The notes under the pieces: model-generated | The model's input: only the letters and a program-made list of their open reading frames with translations | What the model was told of the DNA's origin: nothing | Database searches by the model: none | Shown: in pieces, positions 19,532 through 27,819 of the stretch | Position numbering within the stretch: position 1 is the stretch's first letter | Layout: every line of letters starts with the position of its first letter | Made by a program: the position numbers and the translations under genes | Assembly: GCA_963702095.1 (NCBI GenBank) | Contig: OY969706.1 | Location: 1,632,001 to 1,696,000, forward strand | From: Candidatus Bathyarchaeota archaeon | GTDB lineage: Archaea; Thermoproteota; Bathyarchaeia; Bathyarchaeales; Bathycorpusculaceae | Length of the DNA: 64,000 bases | Direction of reading: 5' to 3'

Positions 19532-20833
19532 TTACGCTTGGTTTTTGCCTGCGATTATTTCAAGGAAAGCTTCTATGCGGGTTTTTATCTGCGCTGCATC
19601 GCCCATGCCGTAATCGGTTTCGATGGTAAGCATCGGCAAATTCTGCTCTTTAAGCGCCCGGTTGACTTTGACGGCTTCCACGTTGTAGTCGTGGCAGTTC
19701 TGCAGTGTGTAGTAGATGACGCCGTCGGCTTTGAATTGCCCGGCAAGGTCAGTGACGTTTTGGATGCGTCGGTCGTTGGGTGTAAAGCATGCACAGGGGA
19801 TTTTGCTGTACTTCTCCACAAGTGCCCACAGAAGATCGCGTATGCTGTCGCCTTTGGGTTCAACGAAGTCATTGAAGAGACGGGTACCAACGCAGCTTTC
19901 CTCCACAACCACCGTCGCCCCCAAAGATTGGGCGATGCTGTGTACTTTCCAGTTGGGAATTGCCATGGGGCAACCTGAAACCATCAGCCTGGGCGCATCC
20001 GCGGGTGAAACACCTACACCGTTTTTAACGCGTTCGTCGAGTTCATCGCAGAGATCGTTGACTTTGGCGGTAAAGCGCACGGGGTCATCGTTGAAGCTGA
20101 TTTGGTTGATAAGCAACGCGTCTAGACCGCTGATCGGTGAGGGGTTTTTGGCACGGAGGTTGTTTAGGCGTTGGAGGGCTTTGCGTTTGTTGTTTATGAG
20201 TTCGATGGCGACTTTGAGTTTCTCTGCGGTGATGGTGTTGCCTGTAAGTTCCTCTATTTTGGCTTTGAAAGCTTCAACTTCTTTGTACCAGAATTCTTTG
20301 CCTGCTTGGGTGTCGGGTTTGTGGGGAATCTCTATTACATAAGTGGGTATGAGCTCGTTGAGGAGTTCGTAAACTTTCTTTTTTCCGTCACAGGTGGTTT
20401 CGCCCACGACTAAGTCGCTGACTTGGAAGTATGGGCAGGTTTTGCCGAGTTTGAAGCCATAAAAGGATTTGATGAGGGGACAGAGGTTACGGGGCAACAC
20501 CGCTTCGGCGTCTGGAACAGAAAAGTCTGCGCCGCCGCAGAGGCCAACCATAGAGGCGTCGGCTGCGTAGGCGAGTTCTTCTGGGGCGTAGACACAGAAG
20601 GCGCCTAAGACTTTTTTGCCTTTGGCGCGTTGGTCGTTGAGTTCTTTGATACGGAGGCCATGGATTTCTGAGACGACGAAGTCGAAGTAATCCATTTTTT
20701 TGGGGCGGTTTTTCTGGGAGAGGTAAATGTCGGTGTAAAATTGTCCGAGGGCGTTTAGGAGGATATTGTGTTTTTCAACATCTATTCCTATGCTTTTCCA
20801 AAGTTCCATGTATTGTTCTGACATAGGGATCAC
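19532..20833 (-). CDS. Double-cubane cluster protein-like / 2-hydroxyacyl-CoA dehydratase (HgdB/FldB) family Fe-S protein
   Basis: GAFCVYAPEEL, LPRNLCPLIKS, CPY, GETTCDGKKK, SGCP, EESCVG, PCACF, NCHDY and IETDY..D..QIKTRIEAF motifs. Confidence 0.85.
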   Translation of the reverse strand: MIPMSEQYMELWKSIGIDVEKHNILLNALGQFYTDIYLSQKNRPKKMDYFDFVVSEIHGLRIKELNDQRAKGKKVLGAFCVYAPEELAYAADASMVGLCGGADFSVPDAEAVLPRNLCPLIKSFYGFKLGKTCPYFQVSDLVVGETTCDGKKKVYELLNELIPTYVIEIPHKPDTQAGKEFWYKEVEAFKAKIEELTGNTITAEKLKVAIELINNKRKALQRLNNLRAKNPSPISGLDALLINQISFNDDPVRFTAKVNDLCDELDERVKNGVGVSPADAPRLMVSGCPMAIPNWKVHSIAQSLGATVVVEESCVGTRLFNDFVEPKGDSIRDLLWALVEKYSKIPCACFTPNDRRIQNVTDLAGQFKADGVIYYTLQNCHDYNVEAVKVNRALKEQNLPMLTIETDYGMGDAAQIKTRIEAFLEIIAGKNQA

Positions 20834-20905
20834 TGATTGTTATGTAAGGAAAAAGCAGACATTATTAAGATTTATCATAAATAAAATTAAAAGAGTTGAT
20901 GGATG

Positions 20906-21139
20906 TTAATGTTTTTTAATCAGCATCTTAAACTCGGCACCAGAGTGTTGCGTCTCAACAATCTCGTGACCATTATTCGTCACCCAATGAGAAATGTTAC
21001 CAAGCTCCAACTCGCCCTCGCCGGTAACCTCCAAAAGCCCGCCGACCGCCAACTCTGCCAACTTGCGCTTGGTCAAAGCCACTGGCATGGGGCACATTTT
21101 GCCTTTAACATCAATTTTCTCGACGCTCACAGTGCTCAC
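20906..21139 (-). CDS. TusA/SirA-family sulfur (or selenium) carrier
   Basis: IDVKGKMCPMPVALTKRKL: D..G..CPxP motif in a 77-aa protein. Confidence 0.9.
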   Translation of the reverse strand: MSTVSVEKIDVKGKMCPMPVALTKRKLAELAVGGLLEVTGEGELELGNISHWVTNNGHEIVETQHSGAEFKMLIKKH

Positions 21140-21496
21140 CTAGAAGGTTATGACTTTGTCGCTTGTAGTGGTCCACTCAACCAGATCATGGATGGTTGCG
21201 AGTCTGACGCCGTTGATGAGTTCATCTTGCTTTAAGCCGCGGGCTTCTGCGCAGACACCGCAAGCTTTGACTTCAACCCCTCCTTTAACGAGGTCGTCTA
21301 GCATTTGACCGAAGTTTGTTAAGCCTTGGGCTGGGTTTTGTCCCTTCTTGGCGATGTAGACGCCGTTTTCGAAGAGCCAAATTTTTACTTTGTGGCCTTC
21401 CAAGTCGGCGGTCCATGCGAAGCGTAATGCTGAGAGGGCGCGTTCTTTTGCGATTGGGGCTTCGTAGATTATTACTGTGTAAGTTACCATGGTCAC
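21140..21496 (-). CDS. DsrE/TusD-family sulfur relay protein
   Basis: ALRFA...IWLFENGVY...ACGVCAEARG...SDKVITF motifs. Confidence 0.85.
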   Translation of the reverse strand: MTMVTYTVIIYEAPIAKERALSALRFAWTADLEGHKVKIWLFENGVYIAKKGQNPAQGLTNFGQMLDDLVKGGVEVKACGVCAEARGLKQDELINGVRLATIHDLVEWTTTSDKVITF

Positions 21497-21519
21497 TCAC
21501 TTTTTTGATATTGCTTATT

Positions 21520-21532
21520 TATCTTTCCGATA
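21520..21532. promoter_or_regulatory. Candidate LysR binding box (T-N11-A with TATC/GATA dyad)
   Basis: tatctttccgata lies in the 99-bp divergent intergenic region between dsrE and lysR. The motif is short, so specificity is low. Confidence 0.35.
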
Positions 21533-21595
21533 TAAAGGCGTTATCTTTATTCAGAAATGGAATAGACATATAAATGATTTGCCCCAAAGATAGGG

Positions 21596-22540
21596 GTGGG
21601 CAGACAGCGCATGGAAACTATCCGATTCGATTACCTAAACACCTTCCTAACTGTAGCACGAACTAAAAGTTTCTCAATCGCGGCAAAAGAACTCAAAACC
21701 AGCCAAGGCACCGTAAGCCACCACATAGCCGCCTTGGAACAGTACTTTGACGCGGAACTTTTCAAACGCTCCGCCGGCGGCGTAGAAGTCACCGAGGCAG
21801 GCGCAACCCTAAAAGAAGCCGCCGAACAGATCATCCAGCAAGCCAACAACGCCAAAGCCAAAATCTCCTCAGCCAAACAAACCCTAAGCGGCACCATACG
21901 AATAGCAGCCAGCACCATCCCTGAAGAACACATCCTACCCGGTTTAATCGCGGAGTTCCAGAAAAATCACCCTGAAATAAAATTCAAGATAAAAGCCCAA
22001 GACAGCCTAACCAGCCTCGGCAGCTTACAAGCAAACGACGTGGATTTCGCTGCAGTGGGCACTATTTTGGGGTTTGAGGAAAAGTTTGATTTCCTTCCAG
22101 TCGGCGAGGAAAAACTGGTGCTTATTGTTCCATGCAACCATGTTTTAGCTGAGAAAAAAGCTGTAACGCTCTCTGAAGCCCTAAAGTACCCCTTCATCAG
22201 ACGTGAAGAAACCTCGGGAACAAGGCTTGAAATCGAGAAACTCTTAGCAAACAACAAAATTCCACACTCAAACCTTAAGGTCGTGTATGAGTTGGGCAGC
22301 ACAGAGTCCGTGGTTACCGCCGTTTCTGAGGGGCGTGGCGTGAGCATTCTTTCTTCGATTGCCGCCGCCAAAGCGAAGGCTGCAGGATTGGTTGTGGTGG
22401 TTGACATTGCCGAAGCTAAAGACACACGCAAGCTCTATGTGGTGAGGAGTAAAAGGGCGTTGCTTAAGCCCTCAGAAGTGTTCTGGGATTTCTGCAGGAA
22501 CTACCGATTTAAGAACCAAGCAATAGCTTGTCCCAAGTAA
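21596..22540 (+). CDS. LysR-family regulator (CysL / selenium-metabolism-associated type)
   Basis: SFSIAAKEL..SQGTVSHHIAALE HTH, with IAASTIPEEHILP, REETSGTR and ELGSTESV. Likely start ATG 21611. Confidence 0.9.
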   Translation: MGRQRMETIRFDYLNTFLTVARTKSFSIAAKELKTSQGTVSHHIAALEQYFDAELFKRSAGGVEVTEAGATLKEAAEQIIQQANNAKAKISSAKQTLSGTIRIAASTIPEEHILPGLIAEFQKNHPEIKFKIKAQDSLTSLGSLQANDVDFAAVGTILGFEEKFDFLPVGEEKLVLIVPCNHVLAEKKAVTLSEALKYPFIRREETSGTRLEIEKLLANNKIPHSNLKVVYELGSTESVVTAVSEGRGVSILSSIAAAKAKAAGLVVVVDIAEAKDTRKLYVVRSKRALLKPSEVFWDFCRNYRFKNQAIACPK

Positions 22541-22548
22541 GCGGATTC

Positions 22549-22884
22549 CTATTCTTCTTCCTCGTCTTCCTCTAGGTTTACCCAGATTTTGCCATCTTTA
22601 ACTTTGAACGGGTAAAACACGAGTTGGTAAGCGGGGCTGTTCTCGTAGTAGCCAGTTTCTAAATCAAAGCGCCAGTCATGACAGGGACACACAATCAGGT
22701 CACCGTCGAGGTTTCCGCCTGAAAAACGGCAGCCCATATGGGGACAGCGGTCGTCGAAGACGTAGATTTTGTCGTTGTGCCTAACAAAAAGCACCGGTAT
22801 GCCTTCATGTCTTACAAGTTTCATTTTGCCTTCTTCGAGTGTTTTTTCTTCAATTAAGGGCACGTATCCTTCGTCTTCTGACAT
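22549..22884 (-). CDS. Rieske [2Fe-2S] ferredoxin
   Basis: CPH...CPCH..RFDL.TG Rieske motif and an acidic tail. Confidence 0.9.
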   Translation of the reverse strand: MSEDEGYVPLIEEKTLEEGKMKLVRHEGIPVLFVRHNDKIYVFDDRCPHMGCRFSGGNLDGDLIVCPCHDWRFDLETGYYENSPAYQLVFYPFKVKDGKIWVNLEEDEEEE

Positions 22885-22996
22885 AGAGTTAACCAGCGAT
22901 AGAATGTTTCTTGTGTAGGATATTTAAAAGTGATGCGTCGGATAAGGGGTTGTTGCTCTCCACTCTAACCCCCAATTTAACAGCAGACCAAAAATT

Positions 22997-23060
22997 GTTC
23001 CGCTTGCGGTCTGCTCCATAACCAGCCCGCAAACTAAACCAAACACCGCCCCAGAAACCG
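22997..23060 (+). repeat. Dispersed intergenic repeat family 2, diverged copy
   Basis: gcttgcggtctgctccataaccagcccgcaaac aligns with gcttgcggatttgtccacaacca(g/a)...gcaacc at 35133 and at 49591 on the minus strand. Confidence 0.55.
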
Positions 23061-23142
23061 CAGCACCACAGACGGGGAAACAAACAATTCCGTGATACCC
23101 AACTAAACAGACTTAATTGATAGTTCCCTCTACAGTCTAGCG

Positions 23143-23982
23143 ATGTTTACAGTCAAAACCTTGACAAAGAAAGACTTTGCTTTTGCAGTCGATTTAGCGA
23201 ACACTATGGATTGGAAAATGGCAGTGGAAGATTTCGAGTTTATGACGTCGCTGGAACCCAAAGGCTGTTTTCTTTTAGTTGACGGGACACAAAGAGTAGG
23301 AATCGCGACCTGTATTAGTTATGGCAAACTCGGCTGGTTCGGAAACCTTGTCGTGCAGAAAGATTACCGTGGTCAAGGCGCCGGAAGCCTGCTTGTGCAG
23401 CATGCAATTTCTTATCTGCAAACGCAAGGAGTGGAGTCCATCGGGCTCTACTGTGAACCGCCGCTTACCAGATTCTACAGCAATCTGGGCTTTAGAGCAG
23501 ATGAAGAATTCGTCTACTTTTACGGGGAAAATGACGGAGACATTAAATCGGCTGTTTTGCCAAAAGTCGAGTGGAAACATTTAGCGCAAATTATTGGCTT
23601 CGACCATCAGTTTGTGGGTGGGGATAGACGGAGACTGCTTGAATCAATCATCCTCGAAAAAGGCAACTTAAGCTCCTACGTATCCGAAGGAAATGAAGTC
23701 GTTGGCTACATTGCTGCTACTGTATACGAAAGATCTGTGTGGATTGGCCCCCTAATCTGTGCACCCCAAAGATACGACGCGGCTCTACCGCTCGTCGAGT
23801 CGGTTCTGTCAAATACAGGGGGCAAAACCGTTTTCGCCGCGTTCCCCAAAAAAGACGCTCCCCTATGCAATGTGCTGTCGGAGATTAAGCGTGGGGGCGG
23901 TTTTGAGCTTTGCAGAATGTTCTTTGGGCAGTCACCTTCGAAAAATTGTATATACATGGCTGAATCATTAGAACGAGGATAA
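23143..23982 (+). CDS. GNAT-family N-acetyltransferase (two-domain, YitH-like)
   Basis: LVV..DYRGQGAGS.L acetyl-CoA motif, FYSNLGF, and a second domain with IGPL. Confidence 0.85.
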   Translation: MFTVKTLTKKDFAFAVDLANTMDWKMAVEDFEFMTSLEPKGCFLLVDGTQRVGIATCISYGKLGWFGNLVVQKDYRGQGAGSLLVQHAISYLQTQGVESIGLYCEPPLTRFYSNLGFRADEEFVYFYGENDGDIKSAVLPKVEWKHLAQIIGFDHQFVGGDRRRLLESIILEKGNLSSYVSEGNEVVGYIAATVYERSVWIGPLICAPQRYDAALPLVESVLSNTGGKTVFAAFPKKDAPLCNVLSEIKRGGGFELCRMFFGQSPSKNCIYMAESLERG

Positions 23983-23984
23983 GT

Positions 23985-25347
23985 ATGGAAGATTTCTGCA
24001 AGGTTTTGCTTGAGGATTTTTTGAAGTCCTCTTTTAACACGGTTAAGGTGCTCGTAGAAGGCGCCAAAGCCGCGAAGGAACAGAAAACCAACCGCAAAGT
24101 AACCCTCTGCCGCTGTGTAAACGGCAAAAAAACGGTAGTGACCTTTTTTGATGAACGGTTCTACCTCAGGGGCTCTGTTGAGTACACTAATCCACAAGTG
24201 ACCGTGGAGGAGCTGCAGGGCATCATCGCCACGCGGCTGCTTGAAGCCTCTGCAAACCATTACCTCGAAGGCGGCATCCATGAACCCAACGCCGACGATG
24301 TAGCGGCTATTGCCGAGGCGCTCAAAAAGCCTCCGGAAGGCTTCATCCTGCCCTATTTGTTAAACACCGACGACGTAGAACCAGACCGTTACTCGATGAA
24401 TCCGCTCAAACAATCCATAATAGACAGCGGACAAAGCGCGTTTCCCGCCCTCAACGTCAAAACTGACCAATTAAAAATTGATGAAGCCTACGCCAAAAAA
24501 TACGGGGGCAGCTTAATCTCCAGAAAAGAAACCGAACTAATCACCACCACCCTAAAAGAGAGCACCGGCTCCTACATTGACTTCGTGGATTCTATAAAGT
24601 ACAGCCAAATCGAGGAAATGTCAGAGGTCTTCGGCATGGATTTGTCGCTTTATACGCTTCGGCTGCCTCTTACCATGTTGCAGTCTGAGGGCAAAGACGG
24701 CATCCTCCACTACATCATCAGCCAAAGCCACCAAGACTCCGCTTCCATCGAAGCGGCCGTACACCTGCATGGGCAGAAGCATGACCAAACGCACCACGCT
24801 TCTAACAGTGCCACACTCCAAAAAGGGCTTTGGTTCTAAGCGGGCGGCAAGAGGCAAACTGCACTTCGAAGAAGACAAGTTCCTCAACGCCAAAGTCAAA
24901 TACCAAACCACCGCCCTCTACCCCAACGACGTAGACGAAAAAGACGTTGCTATGGCCGTATGCGACGACGAATTCACCGTCTCAGGCGACAAACTTGCCG
25001 ATTACAGCTACGCTGAGACGCCTTCTTCGCCACAGTTTTTCCTCTACTCTATGGGGTCGCCTGAAGACGCAGCGATCTGGCACGGCATAGGTGCTTTTAG
25101 CTCCTCCCAACTACTGCATAGTTACACTTCTGCCCGTATCGCCTGCAAAGAGGGAAGGTTGATTAAAGATTTAAACAGTAAATACAATGTACGCCTCGGT
25201 GTTCCCTTACAGTTTAACCTTGCAGTTGAGGGCATGTGGAGTCACCCCATCCACCACAACATAGACGCTAGCATAGGCAGCGTCGAAGATATGGCGGATT
25301 TGGCTCGTCGAGGCATGAAACTCGAGTACCTTTCAACCTTCAAATAG
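23985..25347 (+). CDS. Hypothetical protein (~450 aa), split by an apparent +1 frameshift near 24754-24759
   Basis: Two overlapping ORFs join as ...SIEAAYTCMGRSMTKR after removal of one base. Starts 2 nt after the GNAT stop. Confidence 0.6.
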
Positions 25348-25362
25348 GAGCAGAGTGGCAAT

Positions 25363-25890
25363 TTGACCGCGAAAGAGCAGACAATGTTTCGGATTCTGCG
25401 TTTGTTTAGAAAACTCCCCTTCAACCTGCTTGCAGTGGGAAACCAAAAAGTTATCTTTTCTGAGTATTTCAAGCATTTTGAGAGGGTTGAAGCGGTCAAA
25501 GGCATCTTTGGAGAAAAAACAAAGGAAGTTCTAAGCCACCTCACAGTTGAACTCAGCTGGGTAATGGGGTACATGTACGTGGATGACTCTGATGGGCATC
25601 TTGTAATAAGCAAAGGGTACCTCAACAGCGGCGACAAAACCGACATCTACTTGGATTTGATCCATGAACTCTGTCACGTTAAACAGTTTATGGAGGGCAA
25701 AGAACTCTTTGACCCCCGATATGAATACGTTGACCGCCCAACCGAAATCGAAGCCTACCGCTACTGCATCAAAGAAGCCCGCAGACTTGGGCTCAGTGAA
25801 GAACGTATATGCTGCTACCTAAGAACCGAATGGATGAACGACGAAGATTTTAAGCGACTGGCAAAGTATGTTGACGTCTCATGTTGCTAA
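25363..25890 (+). CDS. Putative zinc metallopeptidase-like protein (HEXXH)
   Basis: LIHELCHVKQ plus downstream EIEAY (possible third ligand). Confidence 0.55.
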   Translation: MTAKEQTMFRILRLFRKLPFNLLAVGNQKVIFSEYFKHFERVEAVKGIFGEKTKEVLSHLTVELSWVMGYMYVDDSDGHLVISKGYLNSGDKTDIYLDLIHELCHVKQFMEGKELFDPRYEYVDRPTEIEAYRYCIKEARRLGLSEERICCYLRTEWMNDEDFKRLAKYVDVSCC

Positions 25891-27069
25891 CGCTTCACGG
25901 TAAACCCTAAGCATCCCTTGGGTGCAAATGTCCCAGGTGAATTTTTCTTGGATGAATTTTCGGCCCAATGAACCCATTTTTATGCGCGTTGGTTTGTCGT
26001 CTAAGAGCTTCAGGATTGCCTCCGCTAGTTCCGCAGCGTTACCCCGCTGCACCAGCAAACCCGTTTCTCCATTGCGGACGGTTTCGTTGACGCCTCCGAT
26101 GTCAAAAGCAACCACGGGTTTAGCAGATGCCTGTGCCTCCAACAGCACAATGCCCTGTCCCTCCTGAATAGAAGGCAAAACAAACACGTCTGCACAGTTG
26201 TAAACCGATGGGAGTGCTTCTTCGTCTATGTGGTTTAGGAACACAAAGTTGCCTGAGAGGTTCGCTTGAGCTAAAGAGTTTTGCAGTGGCTCTTGTAGCG
26301 GGCCGTCGCCGACAAGCAGAAACCTGGCGTCAGCATGTGTTTTCACGATTTTTTTTGCTGCTTCCACCAGAAAAGGCAACCCTTTACGCGGGATTAAGCT
26401 GCCCACAAAAAGCACACATGGCTCACCGCCTAAACTGAACTGCCGCTTAGCCGCCGCCACATCCTCTTGGGGCTTGAACTTTTCTGTATCTACCCCATTG
26501 GGAACAATCCGCACCTTCTCAGCGTCAACAGTATAGTACTTCCGCATTTTCTGCAGGGAATAATTGCTGATTGTCACAATCAAAGTGGCGTCTTTAGCTG
26601 TCTGCCCCTCTAACTTGGCAAGGTGACCCATGAAAACGTTGGCAACCCTATCGCGCAGTGAATTTGCCCCACCGATTTTTGCTTGCTCAAACTCGTCGGC
26701 CAATACGCCGTGGATGGTGTGGATAAAGGGTTTTTTGATGTTCAGTTGCCGTAGTTTTTTTGGAAGTCCATAACCGCTTACTGCGTGAGTCTCGAAAACA
26801 TCGGCGTTTATGTTGGCTGCGTTTTTGGTTAGGCTGCGGTTGAAGCTCCAGTTGTCAAGTGGAAAAACCCTGTCGGTGGAGCTGAGGGGAACCAGAGTTG
26901 CGCCAGTCATTTTGGCGGGGTTTTTGAAGCCTCTTTTGGTTCCGCAGTAAATTGTGATGTCGGCTTCGTTTTGTAGGCGCTTAGCGGTCTCGGTGATGCG
27001 TCGTTCTACGCCGCCGTAGTAGAGGTGGGGGGGTTGAGTGTTTATGACTGCTAAGCGGAACTTTACCAT
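25879..27069 (-). CDS. Glycosyltransferase family 4
   Basis: GGVE, HTIHG, VPNGVD, KG, and EGQGIVLLEAQA (E-x7-E) motifs. Confidence 0.92.
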   Translation of the reverse strand: MVKFRLAVINTQPPHLYYGGVERRITETAKRLQNEADITIYCGTKRGFKNPAKMTGATLVPLSSTDRVFPLDNWSFNRSLTKNAANINADVFETHAVSGYGLPKKLRQLNIKKPFIHTIHGVLADEFEQAKIGGANSLRDRVANVFMGHLAKLEGQTAKDATLIVTISNYSLQKMRKYYTVDAEKVRIVPNGVDTEKFKPQEDVAAAKRQFSLGGEPCVLFVGSLIPRKGLPFLVEAAKKIVKTHADARFLLVGDGPLQEPLQNSLAQANLSGNFVFLNHIDEEALPSVYNCADVFVLPSIQEGQGIVLLEAQASAKPVVAFDIGGVNETVRNGETGLLVQRGNAAELAEAILKLLDDKPTRIKMGSLGRKFIQEKFTWDICTQGMLRVYREALAT

Positions 27070-27192
27070 CAGATAGACCTGTGAAGTTAGTTAACGGTTT
27101 AGTGGGCATAAAAGTTTTGTTTTTCATTCAACCCTTAGCTTCCAGATAGCCTCAAGTGATCTTGGACTTAAAAGCCCACATACGCGGCTTTT

Positions 27193-27531
27193 TCAGCCAA
27201 CCGAAACTAAGTAGTTGACATGTGAATTCACGGTATCGATGAGCTGCTGCCGCCGTAGGTTTCCCTCGGAATCACTAATGCGGTCAATCGCCCATGCGAG
27301 TTCCTCATCACCAAAAACATCCCTTACCCACTTCTGAAAATCCCGACGTTTAATGTGAAAATCGATTGAGTCTTCATCTATCGTTTTTAGCTTCTCAATG
27401 AAGTCACATAGGCTCAAGGCGGATATTCCCGTGTAGTAGCCGCCGTCGGTGCAGAAGTGGAAGCCACTCTCAAACGGTACATCCCTGAGGCTTTGCCGGT
27501 TTCTAGAATTCTTAACAGAAATGTTTGCCAT
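27193..27531 (-). CDS. DUF5752-like protein
   Basis: VP...GFHF.....YTG..A.SL.DF...SIDFH..R.DFQKW..DV.GD.EL. Start reassigned to ATG 27531. Confidence 0.7.
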   Translation of the reverse strand: MANISVKNSRNRQSLRDVPFESGFHFCTDGGYYTGISALSLCDFIEKLKTIDEDSIDFHIKRRDFQKWVRDVFGDEELAWAIDRISDSEGNLRRQQLIDTVNSHVNYLVSVG

Positions 27532-27819
27532 AAAAAATGTTCCCTTTAAAGAATGGGGGAGTACATTTTTATTGATTTGTGATGGAAAGATTGCAGTCAC
27601 ATATGTAAAACTACGTCGATGTGAAGCAAAAACGGCTATTCGTCGCCGTAGCCGTGTTCTAGTCTGCCATGTGTTTTTTTGTAGACAAATTCATGCTGCT
27701 CTTTAGTGGCTCCAAACGCGGCGGTGTGTTTTTGGAGGTCTGCCTGCGTAAAAAAGATGCAGCTGCAGTAGGGGCATTTGTAGTAGTGGTTGCCATTTGT
27801 TTGGGTCATGTTTTTTCGC

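Noticed and set aside
18442-22884. Selenocysteine recoding or a SECIS element around selD
   Set aside because: All catalytic positions are Cys codons and there is no in-frame TGA. The small hairpin at ~19508-19525 looks like a simple terminator-type stem.
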